Translations under genes and position numbers: made by a program
Shown: piece by piece, positions 63,958 through 64,000 of the stretch
Layout: every line of letters starts with the position of its first letter
Numbering within the stretch: position 1 is the stretch's first letter
Notes under the pieces: model-generated
What the model was told of the DNA's origin: nothing
Databases searched by the model: none
The model's input: only the letters and a program-made list of their open reading frames with translations
Origin: Yuukianura sp. NJ FZ-2021
Taxonomy: Eukaryota
NCBI GenBank assembly: GCA_046563655.1
Contig: CM102286.1
Span: 10,044,001-10,108,000 of the forward strand
DNA length: 64,000 bases
Direction: 5' to 3'

Positions 63958-64000
63958 CGCTAATGATTTAGAGTATATTAGATTAATTATAATTTCTTTC

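Overview
Eukaryotic, AT-rich DNA with short (60-90 nt) GT-AG introns and scattered TTAGG tracts, probably from an arthropod (inference). The left half (1-32 kb) is mostly transposon debris. It holds a decayed Polinton/Maverick (adenain-like protease, retroviral-type integrase, RING protein, pPolB N-terminus, unknown spliced ORFs) interrupted by LTRs, several MITEs, a SINE, and a gag-only Gypsy derivative. The middle and right (32.8-56.7 kb) carry spliced host genes: a divergent SMARCAL1/ZRANB3-like SNF2 protein, an atypical Rho GTPase, alpha-amylase, BRMS1-like, DUF1772 and a Frizzled. An intact, very young Ty3/Gypsy element sits about 340 bp upstream of the amylase. The right end has Polinton structural-gene remnants, an L1/Tx1 fragment, and the 3' end of an LTR element with an intact env-position ORF resembling a rhabdovirus-G-like class III fusogen but lacking a membrane anchor. 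The most notable observations are that env, an unknown paralogous gene pair with a shared intron, a young Gypsy with no polypurine tract, and an LTR family with covarying hairpins. All family calls are by-eye motif recognition; no searches were run.
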